Below, one piece after another: positions 60,830 through 64,000 of a stretch of 64,000 bases of DNA. The translations under genes were made by a program, and so were the position numbers. The stretch is from the human T2T-CHM13v2.0 reference genome, Homo sapiens: the NCBI RefSeq assembly GCF_009914755.1, contig NC_060935.1, one strand, 5' to 3'. Under the pieces are notes generated by a model, which did no database searches, was not told the DNA's origin, and was given only the letters and a program-made list of their open reading frames with translations. Numbering within the stretch: position 1 is the first letter of the stretch; the number at the start of each line of letters is the position of its first letter.

Positions 60830-61156
60830 TGGGGGCGACTTGAAATGGCGCCTCAAGACCCCCTCCGGGAACCCACGCCCGCCTGACCTTACTATCACCT
60901 CGGCCGGAAGTGTCTCCGGCCTTTTCGGAAGTCACTTTCACCTAACCTTACAGACTACCGCTCCGCCGGAAGTGACGCAGGGCAGCGGCGTCGCGGGGGC
61001 GGGGCTCGGGAAAGACCCGTGCCAGCGGGCGTGTGGCCGCGGGTTTCGCACGGTCCAATAAGGGAGGGCGGCGTGGCCCGGCCTGGTAGCGACGAGGACG
61101 CGCCTGCGCAGAGGCGGCAGCACCACCGGGGTTGACTCCGGGGGCGCGGCGAGGAG
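60830..61156 (+). promoter_or_regulatory. FKBP2: FKBP2 CpG-island promoter and non-coding exon 1
   Basis: YY1 motif AAATGGCG ~60843; three ETS/GABP CGGAAGT sites (60904-60973, the last fused to a half-CRE, TGACG); GC boxes; CCAAT 61055; donor GAG|GTGAGC at 61156/61157. Confidence 0.75.
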
Positions 61157-61303
61157 GTGAGCGGGGGCCACAGCCCGGGCTGGGGGGAGCCGGGGTGCAA
61201 GAGGGCAGGCTGGATCAGGCCGGGCAGAAGCGGACCGGGCTCCGAGTGTCAACGAGAGCTAGGTGACGAGGAAATTGGGGGTGGGGGCCGGAGCTGTCCG
61301 GAG

Positions 61304-62101
61304 ATGCCGCAGGGGGAGGGTTCTCACGCCGCACGGGGCGGAGTCCTGGGACTCGGGGCGGGACGTGGAACCGGGACGGGTGGGACCTCCGAGCTGGTGC
61401 CAGTGGAAGGCGGAGCCCGGCGGCGGGGGGCGGAGCTAGGAGGGTCGGGGGACGGAGCCTGGCTCTTGAAGGAGGAGCTGGAGGAGGTGAAAGGCGGAGC
61501 CTCGGGGTCGGAAGCAGAGGGGGACGGAGCGGAGGCGCTGGGGGCGGGGCTTCAGCCGGTGAGTGGCGTGGCTACGGCTCCGGAAAAGGGGTCTAGTTCT
61601 GTCGAAGGCGGGGCTGCAGGCCCGGGGGCGGTACCGCGTCCTCCGAAGGGCGGTGCCAAGGAGCCAAGTGAGGAGCCTGGCCCGAGTAATGGCCCCGGGC
61701 GTCCTCGCGGGGGTGGTCTCCGTGGTGGCCGGGCTTGGGGACGCCGTAGGCCGAGAACTCCACCGGGAGAGGTGGTGTGGGTGGAGCGGGCTCGGCGGCC
61801 AGCAGACACAGGGCCAGTCTGGGTGCCCCGGAGACCCCCAAGGGCTCAGAGTTGGGGCGGCGCCCCGGGCGGAAGCACAGGGCCAGGCTGGGGGGTATCT
61901 CCCGAGGACCCGGGCTCCTCGGAGCCACCCAGTGGGGATGTGTGGGTGCCTCGGGGCCGGCCCCCTGCAGCGGCCGCAGAGGTGTTGGTGTGCTGGACCG
62001 GGGGCAGCTGGGTGTGGCGTGAGTGGGGCCGCCCAGTCGGGGCAACTGCAGTGCAGCCAGATAGGGTCTGGACTTTGCGTAAAGGGACAGGCGGGAACTG
62101 A
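61304..62101 (+). CDS. Candidate uncharacterised 265-aa Gly/Pro/Glu-rich ORF with repeated VW(V/T)xR motifs in FKBP2 intron 1
   Basis: ATG at 61304 (gagATGc) within a frame open 61136-62101; motif repeats differ at synonymous positions. The GC-rich context weakens the ORF-length evidence. Confidence 0.4.
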   Translation: MPQGEGSHAARGGVLGLGAGRGTGTGGTSELVPVEGGARRRGAELGGSGDGAWLLKEELEEVKGGASGSEAEGDGAEALGAGLQPVSGVATAPEKGSSSVEGGAAGPGAVPRPPKGGAKEPSEEPGPSNGPGRPRGGGLRGGRAWGRRRPRTPPGEVVWVERARRPADTGPVWVPRRPPRAQSWGGAPGGSTGPGWGVSPEDPGSSEPPSGDVWVPRGRPPAAAAEVLVCWTGGSWVWREWGRPVGATAVQPDRVWTLRKGTGGN

Positions 62102-62411
62102 AGAGCGGAGGTGGGGACTGGGAGGGAGGGAAGGTATGGGGGTGAGCAAAGGGGCGGGTCCCTGGCTGCTGTGGCCTCCCCTGACCCCCTCCCCCCGCTG
62201 CTGGGGTCCTCGGCCAAGCCCCCTTCTCACTGGACTGGTAAGTGTGGCCCCGGAGCCCGGGGGAGAGGGCGGTGACCCGGGACAAAGGGGATCCCCCGGG
62301 GCAAGGAAGATACAGTGGCGGTGGAACCCTCCTGTTACCTACCCGTGTTCCATACTCTCCCTGCCCTCCCCCACGTTCAGTCGGTCGGTCGGGGTCTGTG
62401 CCCACAGAGAC

Positions 62412-64000
<1,589 letters not shown>

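Noticed and set aside
61050-61076. ER-stress element in the FKBP2 promoter
   Set aside because: CCAAT-N9 is followed by CGGCG, not CCACG, and the ERSE-II reading is also mismatched; only a CCAAT box is supported.

Overview
Human genomic DNA from the gene-dense 11q13.1 cluster, recognised from the encoded proteins. Gene order: STIP1 (+, 14 exons, plus an alternative upstream coding first exon), FERMT3/kindlin-3 (+), TRPT1 (-, tail-to-tail with FERMT3 and head-to-head with NUDT22), NUDT22 (+), DNAJC4 (+), VEGFB (+, 186/167 isoforms) and most of FKBP2 (+, truncated at the window end). Exon chains were rebuilt by hand from GT-AG boundaries; the complete ones sum to 543, 663/667, 253, 303, 241 and 207/188 aa. 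Introns are dense in Alus, with L2, L1M and MER relics. Most notable unexplained features: (i) a 265-aa ORF with repeated VW(V/T)xR motifs inside FKBP2 intron 1, a possible bicistronic transcript; (ii) a ~190-bp ancient mitochondrial D-loop insertion (NUMT) in STIP1 intron 1; (iii) a rare SVA2 retroposon with intact TSDs; (iv) a possible in-frame DNAJC4-VEGFB read-through splice; (v) a 36-bp duplication of the VEGFB exon 3 donor; (vi) a possible N-terminally extended kindlin-3; (vii) same-site double Alu insertions and closely spaced inverted Alus. No CRISPR array, tRNA or rRNA was seen. Repeat and mtDNA identifications rest on recalled consensus sequences and need database confirmation.
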